NCBI GenBank assembly: GCA_951406725.2 | Contig: OX597819.1 | Location: 119,102,001-119,166,000, forward strand | DNA length: 64,000 nt | Source of the DNA: Octopus vulgaris | Lineage: Eukaryota | Direction: 5' to 3' | Shown here: positions 40,139 through 55,335 of the stretch, piece by piece | Layout: each line of letters starts with the position of its first letter | How positions within the stretch are numbered: position 1 is the stretch's first letter | Program-made: the position numbers and the translations under genes | The notes under the pieces: model-generated | The model's database searches: none | Told to the model about the DNA's origin: nothing | The model's input: only the letters and a program-made list of their open reading frames with translations

Positions 40139-40349
40139 TATCCGTTTCTAGGTTTTTCATCATTCAGATGTTCTTCCTAGAGGTAAGACAATTGTTTTTA
40201 TGTTTGTTGCACACACGCGTCTTTACTAGTACATACACAGTGAAGTTATACATTAGCGTCGTATTTATTACGTTCGCTATATTCCAGTAAATATCGGTGC
40301 TTCGTTGTGCCATTTACTTACTTTTTTACGTATATATATATATATATAC

Positions 40350-40529
<180 letters not shown>

Positions 40530-41869
40530 GCTGGTATATATATTCATATATCTATCTACATATATATATATATATACATATATATATGAGTGTGTGTCTA
40601 TGTGTGTGTGTTTGTGAGTGAGCGTGTGCGTGCGTGCCTGCATGCATGTGTTGTTGTAGATACATGTGCATACGCTTCTGTATGTACCAGTTTTGAGGCT
40701 GCGGAATTGTTCAGCTTTCTCTTTTAGCAAAAGAAAATAGCTTAAATATATATTTTGAGTACATTTAAGCTATTATAAATAAATTCTAAAATTTTATTTA
40801 TATCATGTCCGACATAATTAACAATCATTTTATATGGCTTTTAATTGTATTTTTTATTTATTTAAAATCATTCTTGCTCTTGTGATAATAATGTATTTTA
40901 TATAGACTACTAACGGCAGCCATTATAAAACCTCCCGTTCAATCATAGACTTTACTCTAAAAACATTTACAGTATGTTTTCTTTGGATTTTATTTTTATG
41001 TTATTTCCAGGAAAAATTTAACAATCATTTTCCATTAATAGTGTGACCGTGATTTTACATTTATTGCGTCTTAAAATTTTTATAGATTTTATTGTTACTT
41101 AAATTTTAATAAGAACATATAACAACGTAATTTCCGCGTATGTTGATGTGAAGTATAGGAAGGCATACTCATACACATGTTTGTTCTTCGTTATATACTG
41201 TGATACGTGTTTGAATGCTTGTATGTGGATTTTGTAGCCTTTTATTCTTTGATAATATATATTAGTGTCAATAAATTTTGTGGCGATATCCTTGAGTAGA
41301 ACCATGTAGAGAATTATATTGACACTATTAAATGGTCTGCAATTCAATATATGATATTGAATGTCTATTTTAAAATATTCTATTAACACCGTTTATTGGG
41401 CACCCAATTTCTTGATAGGGGAAACCATATAAAACTGATATAAATAAACGGCCGCGCAAACACTCACCAACTTGGGAAGAGAGACAGACATACAGACATA
41501 GAGGGAGTGAGAAACATAATTAAAAACTGAGAGATTTGCACATACAGTTACAAATATATTTATATATGTGTGTGTGTATGTGTGTATGTATGTATGTATG
41601 TATGTCATTATTCAGTATATTTAAAGATTTCTTTCCAATAGAGAAAGAAGCGGTTTCTAACCTAGATCCAATGTCACTTCATTGGAATTTCAACATCAAC
41701 AACAGTGTATTATTGTTTAATGTATGCATGTTTGTATGTGCGGCTTTGTATGTTTTATGTATGTATTCTGATGTCAATACATGCTCATATATATTTAAAT
41801 GATAAACTTCCGTAAAGTTTCTATATGTATATATGTGTGTATATATGCATGTGGGCGTTTATCTTTTAT

Positions 41870-42095
41870 CTATTGTCTTTTACCTGTTTAAGTCATTAGA
41901 CTGTGGCCATGCTGGGGCATTGCATTGAAAAACTTTTAGTCGAATGTATCGACCCCAGCATTTATTATTCTTTTCCGTTAAAGCCTCGTAGTTATTCTAC
42001 CTATCTCTTTTGACGAACCGCTAAGTTACTGGGACAAAACAAACCAGCACCGGTTTTCAAGTGGTGTGATTTGGCGCTCAAACACAGACACACAC
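41870..42095 (-). mobile_element. Decayed SINE family B 3' half
   Basis: gtcattagactgtggccatgctgggg...tcgaccccag...gaaccgctaagttac. Confidence 0.7.
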
Positions 42096-42318
42096 ACACG
42101 CACGCACACACACATATATTTACATGCATATATTTATAAAAAAAACTTAATAAAAGCCGGGGTGCATGCGTTCCATTACATAATGGAAAAGATATATAGT
42201 AAATACCGAAACTGAATGTAAACAACGCATAATGAATATTGAGTGCACGAATGGATGGAATACAGACATAGAAGGTCCCTAATTCTTCATCAGTTATCAA
42301 TCAGATGGCATTCCTCAG

Positions 42319-42865
42319 TTTCGCACGTTAATGATAAGAATGAAATAGTTCCCAAGCTGGCAGTGCCCGCAAGATATACGCAGAGTATAGGGTCGAAAAC
42401 AAAGGATACATGGATAATAAGCGATATAGATATGGACACACGAAAGTTAATAAACGTAGTTGAAGACAATGGACGAAAGAAAAGGACGAAATGAATAAGG
42501 AACGAACTAATTACAGCCTCAAGGCCAACAAAGCAAAAGGACAAATGGTGTGTAACCCTTAGAGAGAAATCCTAAAGGATTATAGAGGTGAGGAAGAGGT
42601 GTACCAGTGGAGCACAGAGAGTTTAGGATGGTCCTCAAAGTGTTACCAACCATTCATGTTATTTAGGCTGTGTTCTGTCCGCTTCTTATTTATTTCGTCT
42701 TTGTCCTTCATCCATCGTCATAAGATTCCATTTATTCATTTTCACGTGTTCACTTCTGTATCGGTTGTTATCCATATGACATTTGCTGTCGGTTCTAGAT
42801 TCTCTACAACTTTCGTGGGCTCTGCCTGCATGAGAAGCATCTCAATCTTATCATTAATGGTGAAA
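42319..42865. repeat. Old foldback: inverted arms 42319-42520 and 42665-42865
   Basis: ttaatgataagaatgaaatagttcccaagctggcagtgcccgc...ggacgaaatgaataag..acagcct versus its diverged reverse complement. Confidence 0.75.
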
Positions 42866-42997
42866 AAATAGCCCGCTTTCAATCGCATGTATTTATGGAG
42901 TTATTATAGGTAGTTTCATAATGTTTTAGACATTAATACAGTATGGACGAGATGAGACATATTTCGACTTTCTTCCTTAACATATATATATATATAA

Positions 42998-43096
<99 letters not shown>

Positions 43097-43106
43097 TGTG
43101 TGTGTG

Positions 43107-44904
<1,798 letters not shown>

Positions 44905-44908
44905 TATA

Positions 44909-45692
<784 letters not shown>

Positions 45693-46695
45693 TTTCTGAA
45701 CATCTACATACTCAATTTTTGCAGATTCTTTATGTGATAATCTATTTTTGCGAAACGAATTGACAACTGTGGTTTTAGATTATTAGTGCATTATCCAGCT
45801 CCGAAATTGCTACAAGCGTTATGTCTCAGGAGATAACCTCTTGTTAATGCTATTTTGTCTACAAGCGATTCTTAAATACCAAGGTGTTATTAGACCTACC
45901 AGAGGGAGTTTCTTGAAATTCTCTTCCATAAATTTACCTATTTCATATAGTCTCTACACGCACCTTCCTCCTTCAACGCCAAAACTTTATTGTTAATAAA
46001 CCGTTTGCCTTCGTTTCAACCACACTCAGTATACGTGGCATTATTTTACAATCTTTATTTCCGCTTTAGTTGCGTCTTTCTTTATAAGGACGTTTCATCG
46101 AGTCAATCATCACACGACATGACCTCTACCACGTAACAGTATAAAAAGATTTTTGTAATGCGATTAGAATTCTATTAGACTGTTTATGTTTTATTCTTTG
46201 CCTTACAGCTATCTTTCTCTGTCCCCTTCGCTCTCTCTTCATCTCTCTATTTATCTATCTATTACCTTTCTAACTAACTAACGATTTTTCCTCATTTTTA
46301 TATACTTTTATACGCTTGTCTTTTGTTCATTTTCTTTTCTTACATTTTTCCTTACATTTTCATAGTCCTGGAATTGTCAATTTTAACGTGTATGCATACG
46401 TACCATTTATACTTTAATCATCATACAGATTTTCTGCAAACATTTATATTGATTATTTGCCTAAAGTAACAAAATAACTGATAATTTTGCATTGACACAC
46501 CCTGGGTTCGTTTAGCTATCACATTGCTAACAAATGCATCATTGACTGCGCCCACACTCAAGTACTGCCTTGAATTATTTTCCTTTTCGTTTGAAGCGAA
46601 TGTATCGACGGCAGTACTTATCTTTTTAAAACCTGGTACTAATTCCATCAGGCACTTTTGCTGAGCCGTTAAATTATGGGGCACTAAACTCACCG

Positions 46696-47714
46696 AGGCA
46701 TGCTGTTATTGTGGTTATAAAAGCGGAACATAGCGATTTAGAAATATCTCGATTTTTAAAATTGGCCAAATCTTCCGTCTAGAAAGTTTGTGAGGATCTA
46801 GAGACTGAAGATGGAAACGTATCACCAGTATCAAAGCATAAAAAGCATTCTAAACGCTCTGAAATAATCAGAACATCTGAATTTATCCAGCAAGTCCAAC
46901 AGACCATTCATTACAATCCCAATTGCAAAAGATTTCCATATGTCAGAAGGAACATCAGAAATGCACTCTATGAAGACATCACATAAATTTTATATGATGA
47001 GGATAGGTCAATTTGTTAGAAAAATCAAAAGAATGTCCCTATACCAGATTTAAAAGGCTTTTAAACAAAGTGAAAAATCCCGGAGGAAAAAGATTTGATT
47101 TGGTTTATCTCAAACGAGAAAAACTTCAACCAAGATAAAAAAAAAACATTTAACAGAAAAATGACAGATGGTTATGTGCAGACTTTTTGAAATTCCAAGT
47201 GCCATGCATAAACAGTTCCCTGCAACTAACATGGTTTTATGGGTTGTCCACAAATGACTTCGAGTTAACTCTGCCACCTTCGTTGAGGTCCTAGAAATAA
47301 TTGTTAAACCCTGTGTTTCAGTAAGATTCTGCACTGTCACACAAGGCTCTAAAAATATAGGAATGGATGGCTGAAAATGTTCATGATCACATAACGCCTA
47401 ACATTTGTCCTCTTAATTCCCTAGATCTCAATCCATTTTTACTACTATCATATAGAACTATACTTCGAAAGCTGCCATAGTCAGTGTAATATCCAAAATG
47501 AACCAGAAGCAGTTGATTCGAGAATGTAAATGGTTTAGATCTCCTATAGAAGCAGTCGTTGAAGCTGAAGGTGGATTTATTGAATAACATTACAGAAACG
47601 AAAGTTTATTTTTATCCCCATTGCATTTTTTTGGTACATAAAATTATATTATGTTACTATGTAACTGTTTTTTTTTAAAACATTAATCTGTTCTCAAATA
47701 TCTTACACACCCTC
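46696..47714 (+). mobile_element. Decayed Tc1/mariner transposon, maT (DD37D)-like
   Basis: RHAVIVVIKAEHSDLEISRFLKL.., KRLLNKVKNP, WFISNEKNFNQD, DRWLCAD, ICPLNSLDLNP (cf. WPPNSPDLNP), IEAVVEAEGGFIE*; right end tcaaatatcttacacaccct is TIR-like. Confidence 0.75.
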
Positions 47715-47727
47715 TCTATGTATACAT

Positions 47728-47893
47728 ATACGACAGAATGTTTTCAGTTTCCGTCAACAAAATTCAGGAATAAGTCTGTAGTAGGCCCGAGACTATAAAA
47801 ATCACTTACCCAGTGTGCCACGCAGTGGGCTCGAACCCGAAACTATGTCGTTAAGTAGCAGGCTCTTTTGTGAAGCAGCCACGCCTACGCCTA
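47728..47893 (-). mobile_element. Decayed SINE family B 5' half
   Basis: ttcagtttccgtc...gtgccacgcagtgggctcgaacccgaaac..cagccacgcctacgcct. Confidence 0.7.
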
Positions 47894-48475
47894 AATTAGA
47901 ATTTTCCTTTCAGAAATGTCTCTTGCCCTATTTCATTCGCCTTTTTTCTTCACTATTTAATCTATATTTACTGCACGATCGGAAATATAGACGATCGGGT
48001 TTGTTATGATTAATGTTAACTTTGGGTTAAGGACAATGAGTAGTTCTTCCTTCTTTTTCCTATATATATATATCCTCTCTTTCCTGATTTGTTGCATGAT
48101 TTTTTACTTGTGGGGCTTTAAATTCTGTAATTTTTCAATGTAAACCATATTTAACTCAGAAGAAACGTGTTTTGAGTTTGAAATTGAATATATCAAAAAG
48201 TATGATTCTAGGCATGAATTTCTTTATCTATTTCTTAGGATAATTGTGGGCGGCAGTTGACTGTTGTCGTCCATGTTTTTGATTTTCGATGCATTCATAC
48301 CTCTTCACACATCCGCACAGCAACACTCATTTACTGACAAATATACGATATATGCTTATATGCTCATGTATGTATCCACATGCACACATATGCGTATATA
48401 TACATATTCAAATAGATATACGTGTATACTTATGTAGATATGTATGTATATGAATGTAGGATGTAAGTTTCTGAC

Positions 48476-48532
<57 letters not shown>

Positions 48533-48649
48533 ATAATATATATATTTATATATATATGAAGAAAATATTATTAAATAGCGCAGTACATTATGACATTATG
48601 TACTATAGTGTTGTATATTATCGACTTCTATTGATGGATTGTTGTACCA

Positions 48650-48680
<31 letters not shown>

Positions 48681-48787
48681 TAGCAAAATGGAGTGAGTGG
48701 CAAGCTCTATTCTTCGTGTGTGTGCGCACACACACACGCACACACACACACACTCACACACACTCGCACATCTATATTTATCTATAA

Positions 48788-49010
48788 GTCGGCGAGCTGG
48801 CAGAAACGTTAGCACGCCGGACGAAATGCGTAGTCGTATTTCATCTGCCGTTACGTTCTGAGTTCAAATTCCGCCGAGGTCTACTTTGCCTTTCATCCTT
48901 TCGGGATCGATAAATAAAGTACCACTGGGGTCGGTGTAATCGACTTAATCCCTTTTTCTGTCCTTGTTTGTCCCCTCTATGTTTAGCCCCTTGTGGGCAA
49001 TAAAGAAATA
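48788..49010 (+). mobile_element. Full-length SINE family A with TSD
   Basis: Flanking repeat tatatttatctata on both sides. Confidence 0.88.
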
Positions 49011-49604
49011 TATATTTATCTATATTGCATTTGTCCTTTCACGGGCGCAAAGGGAAGATAGGCATCATTTCACCAATGTCGCCGTGTGCATCGGCGCGTT
49101 TTGCCATCTCACACCAATCCACACAACTCCATACCACTCTACAATGTGTTCGATTTGTCCTACCCACCGTTGCTGTCTATGAAAATAGTCCAGTTCCTAA
49201 CTCCTCTGTCTAAACAGCAAATCAAGCCTGTTTATGTAAATCCTCCCGTGCATATTTCCTGTGTCCGTCATTTGTTCCTGGATTACAGACATATTCTCCT
49301 TGCTTTCCCTTTTAAACTGAAAGTCCAAATGCAATCTCACCCACATTCCGTTATTCCACTTCTACTATTCACATATAACTGCCCCTCTAAAGCAGCTTGC
49401 CTATGCACAGACACGCTGTTCTTGAAAGAGAGAGAGACACTTTCTTATAACACTCCTCAACATACACACACACATATATCCACACATACATACACCTCTG
49501 TTAACCTAATATCGTTTCCTCCTCGCACACACAGAGGCACACACACGTATAAATACATTAGTGAAGGCTGTTACACCGGTGTGAGCACATACATATACAC
49601 GCAG

Positions 49605-50021
49605 GAGTGGCTATAGGCGCAGTGGTGGCTGTGTGGTAAGTAGCTTGTTTACCAACCACATGGTTCCGAGTTCAGTCCCACTGTGTGGCACCTTGGGCAA
49701 GTGTCTTCTACTATAGCCTCGGGCCGACCAAAGCCTTGTGAGTGGATTTGGTAGACGGAAACTGAAAGAAGCCCGTCGTATATATGTATATATATATATA
49801 TATATGCACGTGTGTGTTTGTGTGTCTGTGTTTGTCCCCCTAGCATTGCTTGACAACCAATGCTGGTGTGTTTATGTCCCCGTTACTTAGCGGTTCGGCA
49901 AAAGAGACCGATATAATAAGTACTGGGCTTACAAAAGAATAAGTCCCGGGGTCGAGTTGCTCGATTAAAGGCGGTGCTCCAGCATGGCCGCAGTCAAATG
50001 ACTGAAACAAGTAAAAGAGTA
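49605..50021 (+). mobile_element. Full-length tRNA-derived SINE family B (CORE-like central motif, internal TA/TG tract)
   Basis: A-box-like tggctgtgtggtaag, B-box-like gagttcagtccc, tggcaccttgggcaagtgtctt resembling the CORE-SINE motif gtgaccttgggcaagt; tail aaaagagta. Confidence 0.9.
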
Positions 50022-51424
50022 ACTGATCCTCATGCATTTACTTTTACCCAAAGCACACCCTTGTACATAACGCTATCTTCACATATCTCCATTAGCCCAT
50101 CGTATCCTCGTTCACACAGATAAGCTCATGCTCTGCACCCACCTGGGGACACACTTAACTCACATTGTACTTATTTCATGAACGCACACCCATTCTCACA
50201 CTCACAACTACATGCATGTTTTTTAAGTTATAGAAGAATATGCGCACATGACTACACGTCTGCACTCAGAACCACTCACGCCCACTCACACAGACTTTTG
50301 CTCCAAATCTGTTTGCACACACATTCACACACATATATATATACGAGCTTGGAAACGCATACATTTGTATAAACGCCTGCATACAAACTTGCATACACAC
50401 GCGCACGCGTACACATACAACGCATTCACAACGCATTTTTTTTTACTCTTCCGCTTTTGTATACAGCTGTGAATCATGCCTTGGAACCCACTTCCATATT
50501 TCACGCCTGTTTCACTGTTGATTGTTTTTCAGATCCCAAACATGACTACCACCCAGCACTTTGTATTCCCTATTTCTGTTCCCTTTCTACTCTTTCTAAT
50601 CTTTCTACTCCCAAAAACGACAGATTTTCTCACTTCCATTTCTTTTCTCATTTTTTTAAATATGTAAATCATATTTGTCCTTCTCCACAGGCATTTTGGC
50701 TCCATTTATATCAACAATTTTTTTTTCCTCAACGTTATATTTTCACCAGCGCCATACAAGCGGAATTTCTGAATTGGAGTCACGAGTAAAATTATATTCT
50801 TTCTGTATTTTTCTTCATTGTCTTTTATCGCAAATTCTGAACCACAAGTAATTTACATAAAACAAAACTAAGTAAATAAAATCATGTTTTTTTTTTTCAA
50901 ATTTCCAAAGGTTTCTCCACTTGATCATGCCTTCAAGGCACATTTCAGTAGTGATGGTTGTCATAAAAATTGCTATTCTTGAAACTAACTTGCTGCAAAA
51001 TTTCCTTTTTTAACATCTCACATACACTCACAACAAATGCTTTTTTTCGCATTTATCAGTTTTCATATATATTCCTGTTTTTTTTTCCCAACCTAGTTTT
51101 CCATTTTGTAAAACAAAATAACAAGATACGAAAAGAGGTTGAATTAAATCTGCAAATCCCTGTCACATGAGCTGCTGAATATAACAGTTGAACAATATTA
51201 CAAGAAATTTACACATATTTCTTCACTCCAATATGAGAATATATAGGTTTGTTGATAGCAAACGTGACTCAAAGACAAGACGGTAGTTATCCCTCGCCAC
51301 GTAGAATACTATTTCCAAAGACAATATACAGAATAAAGCAAATATAAAGCTTTATAATCCCTACAAAAATTCTTTTTCAGGCTTTCCTTTATTTCAATTC
51401 CTAGACATGACAAAATTGTGGATA

Positions 51425-52680
51425 CGAAGGTCGTTTAATAAGAAATACCCCTGACCCACTTGCAGTTGTTTGATCTAGCTGAAAGTTTGCATGTCCAATT
51501 ATTCATATCTCTATAGATTAGGTGGCAAATTACAGTTTTGAACTAAGTCAAGTGTGAAATGGAGCCTGTTGAGTGCCGAGCAGTGATCTGGTTTTTGTAT
51601 TTGAAAGGACACACACCACGGGAGACTTTTGATGAAATGAAAGTAACTTATGGTGATGATGCCCCATCATATGACCTTGTAAAACGCTGGCATCGTGAAT
51701 TCAAACATGGTCGGAACTCTGTGGAAACAGCTCCCAGATCTGGTCGCCCCCCCTTCTGCCATTGATGAGGCATATGTCCGTCAAGTTGAGGCTGCCATTT
51801 TGGAAGATCGATGTATAACTATTCGCCAAATAGCCCATGAGGTCAAGATTAGTACCGGGTCTGTGGAAACTATCATTCATGACCATTTGCATATGTAAAT
51901 GGTGTCTGCCAAATGGATTCCCAGGTTGCTCACACCTTTCCAGAAGCAAGAACGCGTCGAGTACTCGAGGATGAATTTGGAGATGAGCCAAGAAGATGAG
52001 TCAAAATTTTTCAAAAGACTGATTACACAGGATGAAACCTGGGTCAATCACTATGATCCAGAGACCAAAGCCAGTCAATGCAGTGGAAGCACCGTGACTC
52101 ACCTCCTCCAAAGAAGGCAAGGGTGCAGCCCTCCGCTGGCAAGGTCATGCTCAGAGTCTTCTGGGACCAGGACGGACTAGTGATGACAGATTTCCTGGTA
52201 AAGGGTACCACAATTACAGGAGCCTATTATGCTTCACTTCTGAGGAAATTAAGAGAAGCTATAAAAATCAAGAGGCGGGGCAAAATCAGCAAAGGCATCC
52301 TCCTCCTGCAGGACAACGCTCCGGTCCACAACTAGTGTGTCACCAGATCAGAAGCACAGGCGTGCGGCTATGAACTCCCCCATACCCCCTACTCTCCTGA
52401 CCTTGCACCCTCTGATTTACACCTCTTCCCAACTATGAAGTTGTTTTTGAAAGGAAAGCGTTTCCCAGATGATGCAGCCTAGATTTCTGAAGTTACGTCG
52501 TGGTTGGTGGACCAAACTAGGGTCTTCTACAAAAACGGTCTCCAGAGCTGCATCAAACGATGGGAGAAATGCGTAACTCTGGGTGGTTCCTATGTAGAAA
52601 AAAACTAATATTGTGCCAAGTTTGGTTGCGCTATTGCTATGGGAAGTTGGTCAGGAGCATTACTTATTGAACGCCCCTCG
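51425..52680 (+). mobile_element. Full-length mariner (DD34D, irritans/Bytmar-like), 1256 bp, TA TSD
   Basis: TIRs cgaaggtcgtttaataagaaatacccctgacccactt / aagttggtcaggagcattacttattgaacgcccctcg; TA at 51423-51424 and 52681-52682. Confidence 0.93.
51559..52608 (+). pseudogene. Mariner transposase pseudogene
   Basis: MEPVECRAVIWFL..RSGRP, WIPRLLT, ITQDETWV, LLQDNAPVH, PYSPDLAPSD, WEKCVTLGGSYVEKN*; frameshifts near 51750 and 52070, stops at 51896 and 52333. Confidence 0.92.
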
Positions 52681-53789
52681 TATGTTGCATTAAGCGTGAT
52701 ACTAGCTACCATCAACTAAGCAATCCTTAGGTTACCAAATTATGTAGACAACTCAGTTGAAACATATAATCAATTAATAAGCGTAAAGGAGAAAACATCT
52801 AGAAATAGAAATGTATCATTCCTGAAAAGACAAGCTGTAAATAAATTTTGCCATGTTAGAAAGTGATAGAAGAGGGTGTCTTTGCACTAGTATATTTTAG
52901 TTCAGTTAAAATATTCTTTTCGACATCTCAGAAAACTGAAATCAAATCTTATCCTTAATTTTATCAAAATACGTTTTTTTTGGGTTTTTTTTTCTTTTTG
53001 CATTTTGTTTGTTATCACATTAACGACAATGAGAATTTTAAGGAATTCATTTAAACTTACTGTTTAATAGGATAAAGAGATTCAACAATATGAAAAATAT
53101 GATTATGAAAAATTCCAAATTTTATTTCTGAAACGGGAATTATTAAAAGTGCTTCAGAATCTGCAGTATCATAAAATATAAGAAAATACTGAAAAATAAA
53201 ACAATAATCCTTATAATCATGACAGCTATTCCAAAGACATGATGAAGGGTGGTGGCCATTAAAGCATCTCTTTTACTTACATTTTTCTTTTTGCTTCGTT
53301 TCCGCTGCAAAATTGCAGCTGACAATGAATGTGGAATATTATGAAATTACTGAAAAAAGAAAACAAAAATGAAATCCTATATTATTCCTCATATCTATGC
53401 TGAAATACTGACACTCACAAACATACACACATACACACACACATACACACACGTGTGCACGCATATGATATAGATAGTTGGATAACTAGATAGATGCGTA
53501 TATATATATACATATATAAATACATATATATGTGTGTGTGTGTATGTGCGCGTGCATTTATACATACATGTTTGTCATTCGTATAACAATCACCTTTATT
53601 TTTATTATTAATGTCTTAATATTATTGTTATTATTATCATAGATAATAAGGTGACAAGCTGCAAAAAAACTCATAAGATGGTCGGATAATTAATTAGGAA
53701 AACCAGAGTCAAATTTGCAGCCTAGGAAAGGAAAAGGAAAAATTAAATTAAAATAAGAGAAAGCATGAAAAAGTGTAATTATATCCTAT

Positions 53790-54025
53790 TTGACCATAAA
53801 ACCATAAAACGACTGCTGGATGGGGGCCTAGAGTCTACGGTGCAGTTGCTGAATCAGGCGAGTGTTGCATTTTCCAGTTCAGCAACGGGAGCTCATCCAT
53901 TTGTTCGCATCTGATTATATTCCATATTTGGATTTCAACAGTCCGGTGGGGTTGTTAGATCTGAAAAGTATCCGTGATTTTTCAGCTATGCACATTTTGC
54001 ATATCTTTTGGTTCAATACGGACTG
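53790..54025 (-). mobile_element. Possible PLE endonuclease C-terminal remnant (different subgroup)
   Basis: Minus strand ICKMCIAE(K)SRILFRSNNPTGLLKSKYGI resembles the C.LC..EK..I....LN.R.E tail of some PLE GIY-YIG domains. Confidence 0.35.
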
Positions 54026-55335
54026 GAAGCCATTAAATGATGGTTAAAAATACCCCAATGGAGTCCCAGAAATAGTAAAAAATAATTTGTCATCGAGTGC
54101 CCTAAATTTATCCTACAAAGCAACTTTTTAAATGCTAATAATAACGCCTAAAAACTGATATCAGGGACTGTGATTTTGCACTAAAGTTGCCCCACCTGAT
54201 GCCAATCTGGTGATGGCCTACAAGGGAATAAAAATACATGAATAATCCAAATTAAAATACGGTTTATTTTCCCCAAAATTTGTGTTGGAGAATTGACAAC
54301 ACTACTTCGATGACTGTGTGTTATTTTTTTACTCATTCCATGGTCTCACACATTCGACCAACTCAATGAATTCAAAAATTTAATCAACAGCGTCAACAAC
54401 CATATCCACTTTGCAATGGAATATAGTCAAGACCAACTCCCATTTCTAGGCATCTTAATTATCAAAAAAGGTATCAGCATTGAAACTGATATCGACTACA
54501 AAACGACTGATTCCAAACAATGCCTATTGTTTACCTCCAATCACTCAAAAGACATGAAGACAAAGATCACTTTCAATCTAGCGAATAGAATCTGAACAAT
54601 TCTCTCAAATTATGTACGACGAAATAAAATACTCTAACATCTCTAACAGAGTCAAAACCCACGTTTAAAAAAATCATCCGCAACCTGTAAAATAATAAAA
54701 AGCAAGAGACCACCCAAATTCTTTAAGAAAATATCAATGCAAAATTACCTAACGCCAGCCCAATAGCCACCATCAAAAAATAACTTCACCTGTTCATCAA
54801 AAAATTTACGTAATGTAATTAGGTGTGAAGGGTTCCACAAAATCTATATAGGGCAAAATGGTCTTACCCTCAGAGATAGGATTACAGTCTAGCCCAGAAA
54901 CAAAAACATCCCTTTGATTCCAGACGCTATTCGAAATCTAAGCATGAGATTGCTCCCAAAAAACCTCCCACATTATTTCTAAAAATAACATATGTTCTCC
55001 TATCAAATACTTCTACAAATTCGTTCTGTATAAATGCTAATAAACAATTACACTTATATGTATGCGTATAACCAATTATAAACTTTTCTTATCAATGTCA
55101 AATATTCGATTTCTTAAAATTTTCTTATCATTCTCAAACAAGCGATCACTGTATTTTTTATACATCTCTAAACTAATTTTTAACATCACAAAGGCTACAC
55201 TTTACTTTTGAAAATCTTTTTGATAAGCAAGAGAAACCGGTCAAGTCAATAAACGTCTTTACAAGAACTCTGCATTTTCAAATCATCTCCTCTATTTATA
55301 TTCACTCGCGCGGTACCTCCCGATTTTACTTTGTC
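54026..55335 (+). mobile_element. Decayed Penelope-like element: RT + GIY-YIG + pseudo-LTR with HHR remnant
   Basis: TKVAPPDANLVMAY, HYFDDC, IHFAMEYSQDQLPFLGILI..TDIDYKTTDSKQCL.F.SNH..FNLANRI; FTCSSKNLRNVIRCEGFHKIYIGQNGLTLRDRITV (54785-54890); HHR remnant at 55202-55247. Confidence 0.85.

Larger units (their letters stand above)
39630..40330 (+). mobile_element. HHR-containing partial tandem repeat, 431-bp period (PLE pseudo-LTR tandem or non-LTR retrozyme)
   Basis: 39630-39900 is repeated at 40061-40330 with high identity; each copy starts with an HHR; flanked by (GATA)n and (TA)n; no credible ORF. Confidence 0.8.

Noticed and set aside
49086-49616. 176-aa ORF
   Set aside because: No recognisable motif, runs into CA-rich low-complexity sequence, no splice support
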